Below, in pieces: positions 55,056 to 64,000 of a stretch of DNA of 64,000 nt. Position 1 is the first letter of the stretch, and each line of letters starts with the position of its first letter. This DNA comes from a virus: IMG/VR virus record IMGVR_UViG_3300028588_000820. The stretch is one strand, 5' to 3'. A program made the position numbers and the translations under genes. A model generated the notes under the pieces. That model was not told where the DNA came from and did not search any database. It worked only from the letters and a program-made list of their open reading frames with translations.

Positions 55056-55244
55056 TTAAGCAGACTTGATGAATTTGTTGTCGATCAGGTGTTTCCACAG
55101 ATCAGGGTATTTTTGTTCGATCCCGTCGATTTCGCCATCGTATTCGGCATCACCTGGACCAACCCAAACCTTTGCATTTGGTCCAGTCAGTTCGACGGTG
55201 TAGCGACCGAAGTTCACTTCAGCCGTCATGTAGCCTTTCTTCAT
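55056..55244 (-). CDS. Hypothetical early protein
   Basis: TAATG coupling with the upstream gene; GGAGG RBS. Confidence 0.65.
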   Translation of the reverse strand: MKKGYMTAEVNFGRYTVELTGPNAKVWVGPGDAEYDGEIDGIEQKYPDLWKHLIDNKFIKSA

Positions 55245-55648
55245 TACAGCACCTCCGTCAGTTCTTTGGCGAAGGCCAAGACATCGGACTTCAGCGGAGC
55301 TGGGAAGTCGGTAGCTGCCGAGGTGGTCGACATCTTCTTACGCAGTTCTTTGTGGAACTCGAACTTGGCAAACATCGGCTTGGTGGTATCGAAGTGGAGA
55401 CGATCACCGATTGCGAAGTAGACGCCTGGACGATCTTCCTCTTCCACTGCTACTGTGACCGTGATGTCCTTGACATCGCATTCCTTGGTCAGAGTAGTGA
55501 TCACCGCGACCTTGACGCGAGGCTCGCTGGTGTTAAAGAAGTTCGAAGCCAAAGCATTGGTCTTGTGGAACATCGCATCATTTGGGGCACCGAATGCTTT
55601 TTCCAGGGTTTCCATTACTTGGCGAGCCAGACGATTTTGGTTTTTCAT
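55244..55648 (-). CDS. Hypothetical early protein
   Basis: AAGGA RBS after the early promoter at 55680-55708. Confidence 0.7.
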   Translation of the reverse strand: MKNQNRLARQVMETLEKAFGAPNDAMFHKTNALASNFFNTSEPRVKVAVITTLTKECDVKDITVTVAVEEEDRPGVYFAIGDRLHFDTTKPMFAKFEFHKELRKKMSTTSAATDFPAPLKSDVLAFAKELTEVL

Positions 55649-55679
55649 GATGTTCCTTCAAGTTCGTTTCGATAGAGAC

Positions 55680-55708
55680 ATTATATCCAGAACTTTAAGT
55701 TCTGTACA
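55680..55708 (-). promoter_or_regulatory. Early promoter TGTACA-GAACTTAAAGTTCTGGA-TATAAT
   Basis: Near-identical to the copy at 2978. Confidence 0.8.
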
Positions 55709-55715
55709 ATATTTT

Positions 55716-55916
55716 TTAGTCGCCGATCAAAGATTGTTTGACTGCATCGAGAGTCGGCAACACTTCACCGAGGTGCTTTTTGGAAATCTGGTACTGCCAG
55801 CCATCACGTACGCGATAGATCGTGCCGGTTTTCTTCGGCTTGCGATTCCCGTCGGCCAGGAATACATCGACCACGAGACCAATCTTTTCTACTTGGCGAT
55901 CTTTGAAGGTTACCAT
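55716..55916 (-). CDS. Hypothetical early protein
   Basis: GGAG RBS. Confidence 0.65.
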   Translation of the reverse strand: MVTFKDRQVEKIGLVVDVFLADGNRKPKKTGTIYRVRDGWQYQISKKHLGEVLPTLDAVKQSLIGD

Positions 55917-55931
55917 ATTCAGCTCCGATAA

Positions 55932-56183
55932 TTATTTGAGACGTTCCACTTTGAAGTAGGTCGCGTTCGAATCGCCTTCAATCGTGTTTTTCAGCCATCC
56001 AGCAACTTTGCCGGATTTCAGGAGGATGTGGCTGGTTTCGAATTCGGCGACATTGGTGACTTGAGGAATCTCACGGCCATTCTTCTGGATGGTCATCAGC
56101 ATGATCAGGCGCAGCTTGAAGGCACCTGCATCTTTTTCGGCTTTGATCGCTTTGGTGATGTCTTTCAGCATGGTCGTGGTCAT
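55932..56183 (-). CDS. Hypothetical early protein
   Basis: AGAGGA RBS after the early promoter at 56220-56248. Confidence 0.7.
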   Translation of the reverse strand: MTTTMLKDITKAIKAEKDAGAFKLRLIMLMTIQKNGREIPQVTNVAEFETSHILLKSGKVAGWLKNTIEGDSNATYFKVERLK

Positions 56184-56219
56184 GTTTGTTTCCTCTTTAA
56201 AGCATTTGTCGATGTAGCT

Positions 56220-56248
56220 ATAATATCAAGTAACTTGAAGAATGTACA
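56220..56248 (-). promoter_or_regulatory. Early promoter TGTACA-N17-TATTAT
   Basis: Spacer TTCTTCAAGTTACTTGA. Confidence 0.75.
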
Positions 56249-56256
56249 ATTCTTTT

Positions 56257-56466
56257 TTAAGTTTTTTGATGATCCCGCTTTTGACGGATCACATCAACCT
56301 TCAGATGCACCTCAGGGTCACACGAGCAATAGTCACAGACTATCACCTTCCGAATCAAATTGCCGTTCCCTCGGACGCACCTGCGCTTCCCAAAGCATAT
56401 GTCGCATTGACGCCCCAGACTTTGCAGGAATGCGTAGTACTTCTTCTTGATGTCACGTACTTTCAT
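56257..56466 (-). CDS. Small Cys-rich basic protein (possible Zn finger)
   Basis: CDIC...CDYC; AGGAG RBS. Confidence 0.55.
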   Translation of the reverse strand: MKVRDIKKKYYAFLQSLGRQCDICFGKRRCVRGNGNLIRKVIVCDYCSCDPEVHLKVDVIRQKRDHQKT

Positions 56467-56528
56467 TTCAATTCTCCTATAACAAAAAGGAGGCCGAAGC
56501 CTCCTTTCTATTCTACACCTGCCTTGGA

Positions 56529-56984
56529 TTACAGGGCAGCGATCATTGCCTCGATTTCGGCCGGGGTCTTCGAAGCCAGGTCACCGGCACGTGCTGCAGC
56601 CAGCGCCTGTTCCAGTTCCTTCTTGCGAGTCGCCTTGGCGGATGCTTCCAGCTTGGTCGCGTTCTCGGCTTTGCGGGTATCGATCACGTGGCGGACGATG
56701 TCGAACTTCAGCTGGGTAGTGGTGTCGGTCGAGGTGGTCTCGCTGACGAACGACATTTCTTCATTGTCACGCAGCTTGCGGAACAGGGTGACGGCGATCT
56801 TGTCCAGGCTTGCCTTGTTTTCGCTTTGCAGCGGCAGGTCCCACAGGTCTTCGACCGACAGCTGGCCACCGTTCGGGTTGTCGAAGCGCAGCTTCTTGCG
56901 GGAAGCCACTTCGAACATGTTGATGGCGGTCGCTGCGACAGCGGTTTCGTTGGTTGCGGCGGTAGCGGTAGCTTGAGTGTTCAT
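56529..56984 (-). CDS. Conserved phage hypothetical protein (partner of the 695-aa protein)
   Basis: 'MFEVASRKKLRF...GQLSVEDLWDLPL' followed by a coiled coil; AAGGA RBS. Confidence 0.75.
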   Translation of the reverse strand: MNTQATATAATNETAVAATAINMFEVASRKKLRFDNPNGGQLSVEDLWDLPLQSENKASLDKIAVTLFRKLRDNEEMSFVSETTSTDTTTQLKFDIVRHVIDTRKAENATKLEASAKATRKKELEQALAAARAGDLASKTPAEIEAMIAAL

Positions 56985-57001
56985 GGTGTTTCCTTTTCGT
57001 T

Positions 57002-59089
57002 TTAGAAGGTGATTTTCAGGGTGCGGGTGAGGGTGCCTTTGACACGGACCACCACCGAGTTACGTTGGGTCGACGAGAAGCCGAGGCCGCTCAGTTGGTT
57101 GTCTTCGCCGGAGACCTTGATCTTCGAGCCGACCATTTCGAAGACTTTGCGATGCGGGTTGAGTTCGTCTTTCAGGAACTCGTTCAGGAAGCCACGGGTG
57201 CTGCCGTCGTCACTGGACATGCCGTCGAGCATGAACAGGTAGTGCTTGTTGCCGACGCCTTGACCTTCCCAGAAGTTCGGCGAAAGCATGGCGACGTTGA
57301 CGCGGTGGAAGGTTTGGGTTGGCAGGTTCCACATCGGCTTCGACGATTCGGTGCTTGGCAGCGACTCGATCATCTCGATACCGTTAGCATGCGAGTACTT
57401 GAACTTAGCGACCGTGATGCGGGCCTTGTTTGCGACGGCCTTGTCGAACACGAAGCGATGGACGTTACCCATGTAATCCATCTCGACTTCGAAGCCGACG
57501 TCTTGCGTTTCACGCTTGCTGAAGTTCTCGACGAACAGGTGGTACACGCCTTCCTTCATCGAGCGACGGCTCGAGTAGAAGATGTTCTCGACCGGAGTGC
57601 GAGTCGTACCGGCACCAGCATTCATGTCGACGTCGAGGCGACCACCGCTTGGCGAAGTGTGACCGCGGCTGCCGAAGTAGATTTCGTAGCCCGATGGCTC
57701 GATCATGTGGAAGTCCAGGTCGTCGTGGTTAAACCAGGCGAGACGGCAGCACAGGTCGCCAACGACGGAACCACCAGCAGCCTTGACACGTTCCTTGATC
57801 GAGTCGGCCATACCGCCGACGTAGGACAGGCTGAAGTTGTTGTTCCACTTGAACAGCTGGCCGGCGGTCGGGTCTTCCGGCGCGATCAGGCTGACGAGGT
57901 TCGAGGCGTGGCGATTTTCCAGCAGGACTTCCATTGAGCTGATTCGCGGCAGGACATCGGTGATGAACTTCTCGATGCCGATTTCTTCGATCTTGTCGGA
58001 GACCTTGACCTTGCTGCTGGTCGATGCTGCCAGGTCGTCGAACACGTCGCCGGTCATGACAGTCTTGGCGCTACGATCGGCGAACAGGATGTCATTCACG
58101 CTGATGTCGGTCAGTTGAGCGAAGCGACGGCGCAGTGCCGAAGTCAGGCCCAGGCTTTCGATCTTGGCTTTGGCTTCTTCGATCATCTTCTTGGTGACCG
58201 GTGCCGATGGACGCTTGTAGTTGCCCGGCGCCATGATGGTGCGTTCGAACTTGTCCAGGGCCTGGTCAACATCCATGCCTTCGGTCAGCCATTGCAGCAG
58301 TTGACCGATCGCGTTGTTGCGGATACCGGAGACGGCGCCGCTGACGGTCAGCGAATTGGTCCATGCGAAGATTTCGCGATCGGTGTCGGTCTTCAGCTTG
58401 TCGAAGGCGACCTTCAGCTTGCGGAACTCGGCGACGGCCCAGCGATTTTCTTGGCCGCGGTACACGGAGTTCTGGTCGATCAGCTCGAGAACGACATCAG
58501 CCGATTCGAGGTCGATTTCTTTCAGTGCACGCAGCAGGGTGTTCTTGGCATCACGCTTCGGCGCCAGGGTCGAGGCGATGTCTTTACCAGCGACGACGTA
58601 AGCACGATCGATGTTTGCGAAGAAGTGGTTCCACTGCTTGCGGCCACCGGTGACCAGGTCTTCGAAGGTGTAGTCGTTACCTGCGCGATTTTCGAAGTGC
58701 AGGAACACGTCGGCCAGCGGACGGTCGATGATTTCGTCGGTGATGACGCCATCTTCGGTAACGCGCTTGGTCTTGCGGATCGTGTTTGCCATGTGATTGG
58801 CGACGGCTTGGTATGCTGGCTCTTTCTTGGAAACGTCGATGTCCCAGATCGTTTCGATTTTGCCGTCGATGATTGCGACGACGTTGCCGATGGCGCCGAT
58901 GAAGTTGTTGCAGCAGCTGCAGTCGTGTTCAGCACGCTGGCGGAAGATCGGGTTGGTTCCTTCTGGATAGCCAGCTTGGTACGCCTCGAGCATTTCTTTC
59001 TTCTCGATTGCGACGCGGAACAGCTTGCCATGCTTCTGCATACGTTGGAACTGACGCGCCACGGCGTCTTTGAAAATCGCGAAATCCAT
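57002..59089 (-). CDS. Large conserved phage protein with HDCSCC motif and YfaP/DUF2135-like C-terminal domain
   Basis: 'EHDCSCCNNFI'; 'LAW...DDLDFH..EP....IYF.....SGGRLDVDMN...PVENIF'; strongly GC-rich codons. Confidence 0.7.
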   Translation of the reverse strand: MDFAIFKDAVARQFQRMQKHGKLFRVAIEKKEMLEAYQAGYPEGTNPIFRQRAEHDCSCCNNFIGAIGNVVAIIDGKIETIWDIDVSKKEPAYQAVANHMANTIRKTKRVTEDGVITDEIIDRPLADVFLHFENRAGNDYTFEDLVTGGRKQWNHFFANIDRAYVVAGKDIASTLAPKRDAKNTLLRALKEIDLESADVVLELIDQNSVYRGQENRWAVAEFRKLKVAFDKLKTDTDREIFAWTNSLTVSGAVSGIRNNAIGQLLQWLTEGMDVDQALDKFERTIMAPGNYKRPSAPVTKKMIEEAKAKIESLGLTSALRRRFAQLTDISVNDILFADRSAKTVMTGDVFDDLAASTSSKVKVSDKIEEIGIEKFITDVLPRISSMEVLLENRHASNLVSLIAPEDPTAGQLFKWNNNFSLSYVGGMADSIKERVKAAGGSVVGDLCCRLAWFNHDDLDFHMIEPSGYEIYFGSRGHTSPSGGRLDVDMNAGAGTTRTPVENIFYSSRRSMKEGVYHLFVENFSKRETQDVGFEVEMDYMGNVHRFVFDKAVANKARITVAKFKYSHANGIEMIESLPSTESSKPMWNLPTQTFHRVNVAMLSPNFWEGQGVGNKHYLFMLDGMSSDDGSTRGFLNEFLKDELNPHRKVFEMVGSKIKVSGEDNQLSGLGFSSTQRNSVVVRVKGTLTRTLKITF

Positions 59090-59183
59090 TTGGTTCCTTA
59101 TTAGATTTATTGGGACACAACACCTTATGTGTTGATGTTGTGTATCTTACCTAGAGGAAATCCATTTGAACATCTTGAATTGA

Positions 59184-59474
59184 TTACTTCCGGCGTTTCT
59201 TCCAGTTGTAGGAAGAATCGGTTACATCAACACCTGGTTTAGTAACATTGCCTGGAACGTCCCCAGTAATCGCAATATGTGTGACATTGGTTCCATACAG
59301 CTCACCGGTATCTTCATCCCTGACGGCTTCTAGCGTATGCTTGGATCGACGTAAAGACTCGGTGAACTTAAGAGCGGTGCCCAATTCACCAGAAGGGAAG
59401 ATTTTGCATTTGGGTTCGAATGAGCCATCCTCATTCCATTGTAGCCACATTGCTACTTGATTGAATTCATTCAT
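59184..59474 (-). CDS. Hypothetical protein
   Basis: ATG 59474 preferred as start; basic C-terminus. Confidence 0.6.
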   Translation of the reverse strand: MNEFNQVAMWLQWNEDGSFEPKCKIFPSGELGTALKFTESLRRSKHTLEAVRDEDTGELYGTNVTHIAITGDVPGNVTKPGVDVTDSSYNWKKRRK

Positions 59475-59552
59475 GATTTCTTTCTTATTGTTATGCGGAA
59501 GATAATAACACAAAAGGACGCCGAAGCGTCCTTGAAACTTTACAATGAATTG

Positions 59553-60203
59553 TTAAGCGGTTTTGTATGTCTCGAGCAACCACTTATGGAATCGGATTGC
59601 TTCTGGCATCCGGAGAATTTCTTCCGAAGTCATATCACGAATTTCATAATCTTGATTATCCGACTTAAGGTAATTCTCAATCTCATCTCGAGTCGCATTG
59701 CTGAAGAAGCAATCAGCCCAGTGACCTTGATGTCCTTGGAACAGCTCACCACCTTCGACCGTAATATATGCCGGAGGTTTGCATCGACCTGCACGAATCG
59801 CGTTCTCGACGAAAGCTTTGTCACCATTGCACTTTGTACAGCACGTGATTGCATTCTCGATCCCATCCTTACCACCAAGCGACCGTGCCAGTATGTGATC
59901 GTGGGTGAACAGAAGTTCTTCACCTTCAGGAGTCACACCCCACATATTCATATGTGGTGCTTCATCCTGCGATTTCAGGCGGAACTTATCGATGGAGAAA
60001 TGAGTTGCTTCGGTCCCACACATGTAGCACTTCACTCCTTTCAGGAGGAACGCACGAAGACGAAGGCTCGTCACGTGCACCATATACTCACCGACCTGGA
60101 CACGATTCTTTTTGACCTGTTCATTGATGTTGGCGAGGATGGCAGCTAAGCCTGTCCCGAGATCAATTCTCTCGAGGTGAATGTAGGTAGGATTTTCCAT
60201 CAA
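59553..60203 (-). CDS. HNH endonuclease
   Basis: CYMCG...THDHILARSLGGKD..EN....CTKCN..K. Confidence 0.85.
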   Translation of the reverse strand: MMENPTYIHLERIDLGTGLAAILANINEQVKKNRVQVGEYMVHVTSLRLRAFLLKGVKCYMCGTEATHFSIDKFRLKSQDEAPHMNMWGVTPEGEELLFTHDHILARSLGGKDGIENAITCCTKCNGDKAFVENAIRAGRCKPPAYITVEGGELFQGHQGHWADCFFSNATRDEIENYLKSDNQDYEIRDMTSEEILRMPEAIRFHKWLLETYKTA

Positions 60204-60397
60204 GTCTTAAATGAGAAGTAAATGAGAATGCACGCGGTACCCAACAAATACATCAAGTTGAAACCGAGGAATGCGTGCAACTCTTTTTTGGAAAAGTAAT
60301 TTTCCATTCGGAGGATACGACATACCCACATTGCCAGGCCGCAAGCTATAAGGATGCAGATAAGGAGAATAACTTGTATGTAGAAGTCAGTGGTCAT
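60200..60397 (-). CDS. Small two-TM membrane protein
   Basis: Two hydrophobic helices; sigma70-like TTTACA-N17-TATAAT at 60425-60453 (-). Confidence 0.55.
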   Translation of the reverse strand: MTTDFYIQVILLICILIACGLAMWVCRILRMENYFSKKELHAFLGFNLMYLLGTACILIYFSFKT

Positions 60398-60456
60398 AGT
60401 GTACCAGAATTAGTTGATACAAAGATTATACTGCTATGGTTTCTTCGTGTAAACTG

Positions 60457-60741
60457 TTATCCTTTGGGAATGCTTGTCGCCCATGGTGCGTAGGTCTTCT
60501 TCTCCCACCGAACATATTTCAAGTCATGTCCGCGTTCGATGTAATACTGGAGGGCGACAAGATCGGAACGAGTCTTCGCAGAAACTCGGTTGGCACGATT
60601 TGAGGCACGATCCAACAACGAACTGATTTCTAGCTTCAGCGGTTCATGATCAAAGCGTCCTTCGATAAACAAGAGCAAGTTTGGTGTATGGTCATTTGAT
60701 AATGCAATGGCAGTACGTTTCGCAGTGGTCGGTCGTAACAT
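60457..60741 (-). CDS. Hypothetical protein
   Basis: ORF fills the gap; RBS is weak. Confidence 0.5.
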   Translation of the reverse strand: MLRPTTAKRTAIALSNDHTPNLLLFIEGRFDHEPLKLEISSLLDRASNRANRVSAKTRSDLVALQYYIERGHDLKYVRWEKKTYAPWATSIPKG

Positions 60742-60778
60742 GGCAACAGTTCAATATCATTTGGTGGCCATCATAACC

Positions 60779-60810
60779 AAAAAAGGGTGAACCTCGCGGT
60801 TCACCCTTTT
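60779..60810. terminator. Terminator
   Basis: AAAAGGGTGAACC-TCGC-GGTTCACCCTTTT. Confidence 0.8.
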
Positions 60811-60831
60811 CCTTATAGCAACATTTCTAGA

Positions 60832-61236
60832 TTAGTCCAGGAACACGATACGTGCAGTACCGGTCTGTGCTTTGTTGAATGTGATAGTGATGGTGTCACC
60901 ATCATTGATCTTGATCGAGTCCGGGAAGATCACAGATTTTGAATCGTCGAAGCATTGAACAATCGCATTCTCGGAATCAAAGTTGTGAGTGACAACCCAT
61001 TCGGTCGAACCTTCAGCCACCGGAACAATCGCCTTTCGGATACCGTTACCAGCAAGATTCATACCAACTAGTTGACCGTTGACGCGAGCTAGAACCTGAC
61101 CATCTTCTAGAGTGACTGCATCAAACTGACGAGGACCAGCGCCACGACGAACGATGATCGTCTCTTGAGGAACGTCACTATCCAGATAACCACGTTTAGG
61201 AAGTTCTGTCTGGATAAAAGTTTCAAATTGACTCAT
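60832..61236 (-). CDS. Virion protein with C-terminal 'HNL' module
   Basis: 'EWVVTHNFDSENAIVQCFD...IFPDSI...TITITFNKAQTGTARI'. Confidence 0.7.
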   Translation of the reverse strand: MSQFETFIQTELPKRGYLDSDVPQETIIVRRGAGPRQFDAVTLEDGQVLARVNGQLVGMNLAGNGIRKAIVPVAEGSTEWVVTHNFDSENAIVQCFDDSKSVIFPDSIKINDGDTITITFNKAQTGTARIVFLD

Positions 61237-62888
61237 TATGCCACCTCTTCAATTTCTAGTTGTAGAGTACCTGAAGTGTTTGAACCAGCGAAGTCAGCAT
61301 CAGTGATGAACAGATAGCTACCAGTTGGATTGTAAACGCCGGCGCCATCGGTGATGGTGAAGCCTTGCTGGGACTGCGAGGTATCGCTACGTAGGGTTAG
61401 ATTGCTTGCAGTACCTGCGTACTTAGCATTCACCTTGGTAATGTCATTGATTGGAGTACCAATGTCGACATATTGAGCAAATGCTGGGAAGGTCAAGGTA
61501 CGACGAACGAAACCACCGACGGTGTAGTTAGCACCCGAAGTGATGGTTGAGCCAACAACATTTGCTAGGCCGGTTAGGACTAGATTGCTGAAGGTCTGTG
61601 CGCCATCAACGTCGGAATCCTTGATCACAAGAGTGCGTGAGTACACACCACCAGAGAAGGTCCATGAACCTGTCCAAGTGCCGCTTGACGCGTCCAATGA
61701 AGGGATTGCGTTCAATAGCTGGTTAGCAGTGATGCGAACGGTATATGACTGGCCATCCGGTGAGGACACTAGACGAGCTGGGTTACCGACGATCGAGATT
61801 GCTGCGGTTGCCGGAGCGTTAGCGATAGAGACTGTGGACGATGCAGTAGACACTGCGCCGTTTGAAGCCTTGGTTGCGGTGATGGTGTAGTTGTTAGTAC
61901 CAACCACGTAGTTACCAGCAACACGAGTCACGGTCTTGGTAGCACCGTAAGTAGTTGAATCAGCAACAGACAGGTCTGCACTGGTGGTGTAAGCCACGGT
62001 ATCCGCGTTAGTCACGGTTGCTGCAACGGTCGCGGCTTCAGAACCCTTCAATGCTGATTGACCAACTGGGTAGGTGATCGTGCGAGCACCGATGGTTGGG
62101 AAGGTCTGGTTTAGAGTGATCGAATTCGATGACTGGAAGTTAGCACCGAAAGTACCTAGCGCATTGCGTGCACGAGCGGTAACCTTCTGTGAACCAGATG
62201 CGGTACCGACGGTAAAGGTACCAGTGAAAGTCTTAAAGCCAGCACCAGCAGAATCTGCAGCGCCAAGGCCAAGGATCGAGACAGCTTTTGAAGCGCCACC
62301 GGCAACGATTTCAACATAAGTTGCAGCATTAGCAACAACGCCAGACACTGACATCACGTCATTGTTCTTAGCTTCGGTCTGAGCACCAGGGTACGCACCG
62401 ATAGTTAGAGCTGATAGCGCTGGGCCAACTTCTGCAACCTTTACGATGCAAGTTGCTTCCGCATTGGTGCTCGACTTAGCGGTAACGACCGTGTCAACGG
62501 TCACGCCAACTAGGTCCACATAACCAGCGAACATGCGCTTGTCATACGTGTCTTCGGATAGGGCAACAGTGAATGGGGAACCTGGAAGTGCAGGAACGGT
62601 GGTGATAGTAATGGTCGGGGAGTAGAATGCGGAACCGCCTTCTGCAACTAGCGAGACGCGGACGTTCTGAGTGTCAGCGGTACCATCGATAATAACTTTG
62701 TTTGCTGGGACGGTGTTAGCAACATATTTCTTGTTGCCCACGATACCAGAAGAGGTTGGGGAGATGTCGGTAAAGAACACGCCTCCAACGATTGCGCCAG
62801 ATACGATCTGCTGATCAACGTAATGCTTGGTAGCAATTTCTTGCGGTTGAGTAGGATCGGTAGTAGTGGTGCTTTGATAAATCTTCAT
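61236..62888 (-). CDS. Ser/Thr/Ala-rich beta-sandwich virion surface protein
   Basis: ATG 62888 with AGGAG RBS, GATAAATA 62933-62940, 'ATKHYVD' fibre motif, Ig-like strands. Confidence 0.7.
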   Translation of the reverse strand: MKIYQSTTTTDPTQPQEIATKHYVDQQIVSGAIVGGVFFTDISPTSSGIVGNKKYVANTVPANKVIIDGTADTQNVRVSLVAEGGSAFYSPTITITTVPALPGSPFTVALSEDTYDKRMFAGYVDLVGVTVDTVVTAKSSTNAEATCIVKVAEVGPALSALTIGAYPGAQTEAKNNDVMSVSGVVANAATYVEIVAGGASKAVSILGLGAADSAGAGFKTFTGTFTVGTASGSQKVTARARNALGTFGANFQSSNSITLNQTFPTIGARTITYPVGQSALKGSEAATVAATVTNADTVAYTTSADLSVADSTTYGATKTVTRVAGNYVVGTNNYTITATKASNGAVSTASSTVSIANAPATAAISIVGNPARLVSSPDGQSYTVRITANQLLNAIPSLDASSGTWTGSWTFSGGVYSRTLVIKDSDVDGAQTFSNLVLTGLANVVGSTITSGANYTVGGFVRRTLTFPAFAQYVDIGTPINDITKVNAKYAGTASNLTLRSDTSQSQQGFTITDGAGVYNPTGSYLFITDADFAGSNTSGTLQLEIEEVA

Positions 62889-63005
62889 TTGTCTAGCTCC
62901 TGAGATAATTGATTGATATGGAAATATCAGCTTATTTATCCAGGAAGCTATAAGGAAACGCAAAAAGGAGCCCGAAGGCTCCTCTAAGATCGAAACGAAT
63001 TTTTC

Positions 63006-63341
63006 TTACTTTATGTTGCGGCTGCGTTGGCCTTCATGGAAGGCTTGGTCATACAGGACTTGCATGCGCTGACGCGCAACCACCGGATCAAGGTACAGCT
63101 CGGTGAGGAACTGATTCACCTCGGTCTCGACGTAGGTGTCACGCACCTTAATTTCGGCTTGTGACATTTTCGCCGGCTCGACCATATCGAGCACGGCACC
63201 GAGGTTGCGACCGATCATGCGAACGTATGGATAGCGCCGCGGGTCCAGGATCGATTGGCGCAAAGCACACTGAACAGGATCATTCATGTCGAGGGCTGGA
63301 GCTATTGCTTGTTCGAAGACGATTACCGTTTTACCGTTCAT
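63006..63341 (-). CDS. Hypothetical early protein
   Basis: Coupled to the upstream stop (TGATG). Confidence 0.65.
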   Translation of the reverse strand: MNGKTVIVFEQAIAPALDMNDPVQCALRQSILDPRRYPYVRMIGRNLGAVLDMVEPAKMSQAEIKVRDTYVETEVNQFLTELYLDPVVARQRMQVLYDQAFHEGQRSRNIK

Positions 63342-63547
63342 CACACACCTTTGATTTTGAGTTCAGTGGTCTTACCGCACTTGTTGCAGCGGAAGGTCGA
63401 GTGCAGGACCGAGTTATACGACGGGATCGAGCCGCTGGTCGTGCTGTTTGGTGTATCGCCACAGAAGTTGCAGCGCTTGTAGTAGGACATCGAGCTGCCA
63501 TTCTGGGATTCGATGACAGCGCCGACCAATGCGATTGCTTGTGCCAT
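63341..63547 (-). CDS. Small Zn-ribbon protein
   Basis: CNFCG...CNKCG; AAGGAG RBS before ATG 63547. Confidence 0.7.
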   Translation of the reverse strand: MAQAIALVGAVIESQNGSSMSYYKRCNFCGDTPNSTTSGSIPSYNSVLHSTFRCNKCGKTTELKIKGV

Positions 63548-63557
63548 GATGTTCTCC

Positions 63558-63941
63558 TTAGATTGGCAGATGGTGGATGATGGTAACATTTTTGAAGCGT
63601 TCGGTACGAGCCGCTTCTTCAGCTTTACGCTTCGCAACAAACTTCTCGTTCAGCGAAACATAGCCGAACTTCTCGGCCAGACCATACGGCGTTTCCTTGT
63701 AGTCGGCCAGAGCAGCCAGGACTTCAGTGGTGGTCATGCGGTTCAGGATGAACTTGATCCAATCCTTGGCGCTGGCCTTTGCTGCACGATACTTGAAACG
63801 AGCGACGACTTTCGGACGCGGTTCTCCTTCGACGTTGAAGAGGACATAGACTTCACCGCGACCATCGATGCGACCAACTTCTTTGCCATCGACGAGGATG
63901 ATGCTTTCGTTGAAGGTCACTTTGTTTGGTGCTTTAGCCAT
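63558..63941 (-). CDS. Hypothetical early protein
   Basis: GGAG RBS; early-type -10 TATAAT at 63978-63983 with the CTCTATCGAAACGAA leader. Confidence 0.75.
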   Translation of the reverse strand: MAKAPNKVTFNESIILVDGKEVGRIDGRGEVYVLFNVEGEPRPKVVARFKYRAAKASAKDWIKFILNRMTTTEVLAALADYKETPYGLAEKFGYVSLNEKFVAKRKAEEAARTERFKNVTIIHHLPI

Positions 63942-64000
63942 TTGAATCTCCGTTTCAAGTTTCGTTTCGATAGAGTAATTATACCCAGACCCTGGAAACT

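Noticed and set aside
57065-59104. Long + strand ORFs (290 and 329 aa) antisense to the 695-aa gene
   Set aside because: Shadow ORFs expected from GC-rich codon bias on the coding strand; no RBS, promoter or motifs.
59553-60203. HNH gene as an intron-encoded homing endonuclease
   Set aside because: Free-standing, with no flanking split gene or intron core visible.
1-64000. Stop-codon reassignment, prompted by the abundance of CTAG/TAG
   Set aside because: Conserved genes translate full-length in the standard code. The TAG trinucleotides are out of frame and arise from CTA-G codon junctions.
1-64000. tRNA genes, CRISPR arrays, introns or inteins, integrase or transposase
   Set aside because: I saw no cloverleaf/TTCGA-CCA pattern, no regularly spaced direct repeats and no interrupted core genes. 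A tRNAscan/Infernal run would be needed to exclude them fully.

Overview
This window is a 64 kb segment of a large T4-superfamily (jumbo-type) myophage genome. The host is Gram-negative (spanins are present) and probably GC-rich, inferred from early-gene codon usage. From left to right it holds: (1) a partial retropepsin-like protease and a 2OG-Fe(II) oxygenase-like gene; (2) a long minus-strand late block with a PAAR tip, a holin/spanin/M23-GH108 lysis cassette, many fibre and virion proteins, a very large baseplate protein and gp6/gp25/gp5/hub/gp53 homologues; (3) a plus-strand block with gp55 late sigma, gp47/gp46, an Acb1-like 2H phosphoesterase and a Holliday junction resolvase; (4) a ~700-nt hairpin-dense region with no credible ORF; (5) a gp26/gp51-like pair joined by a slippery site; (6) tape measure, portal, prohead protease, scaffold and major capsid genes; (7) a minus-strand cluster of small early genes. 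Two promoter classes can be read from the DNA: early TGTACA-N17-TA(T/G)(A/T)AT and late (N)ATAAATA. The top leads are the candidate large structured RNA (41330-42050), a near-complete CTG-to-CTA leucine codon switch between early and late genes, a predicted -1 frameshift, a ~65-aa 'HNL' module in seven virion genes, and late promoters set inside or against hairpins. Family calls come from motif recognition by eye; no database search was run.
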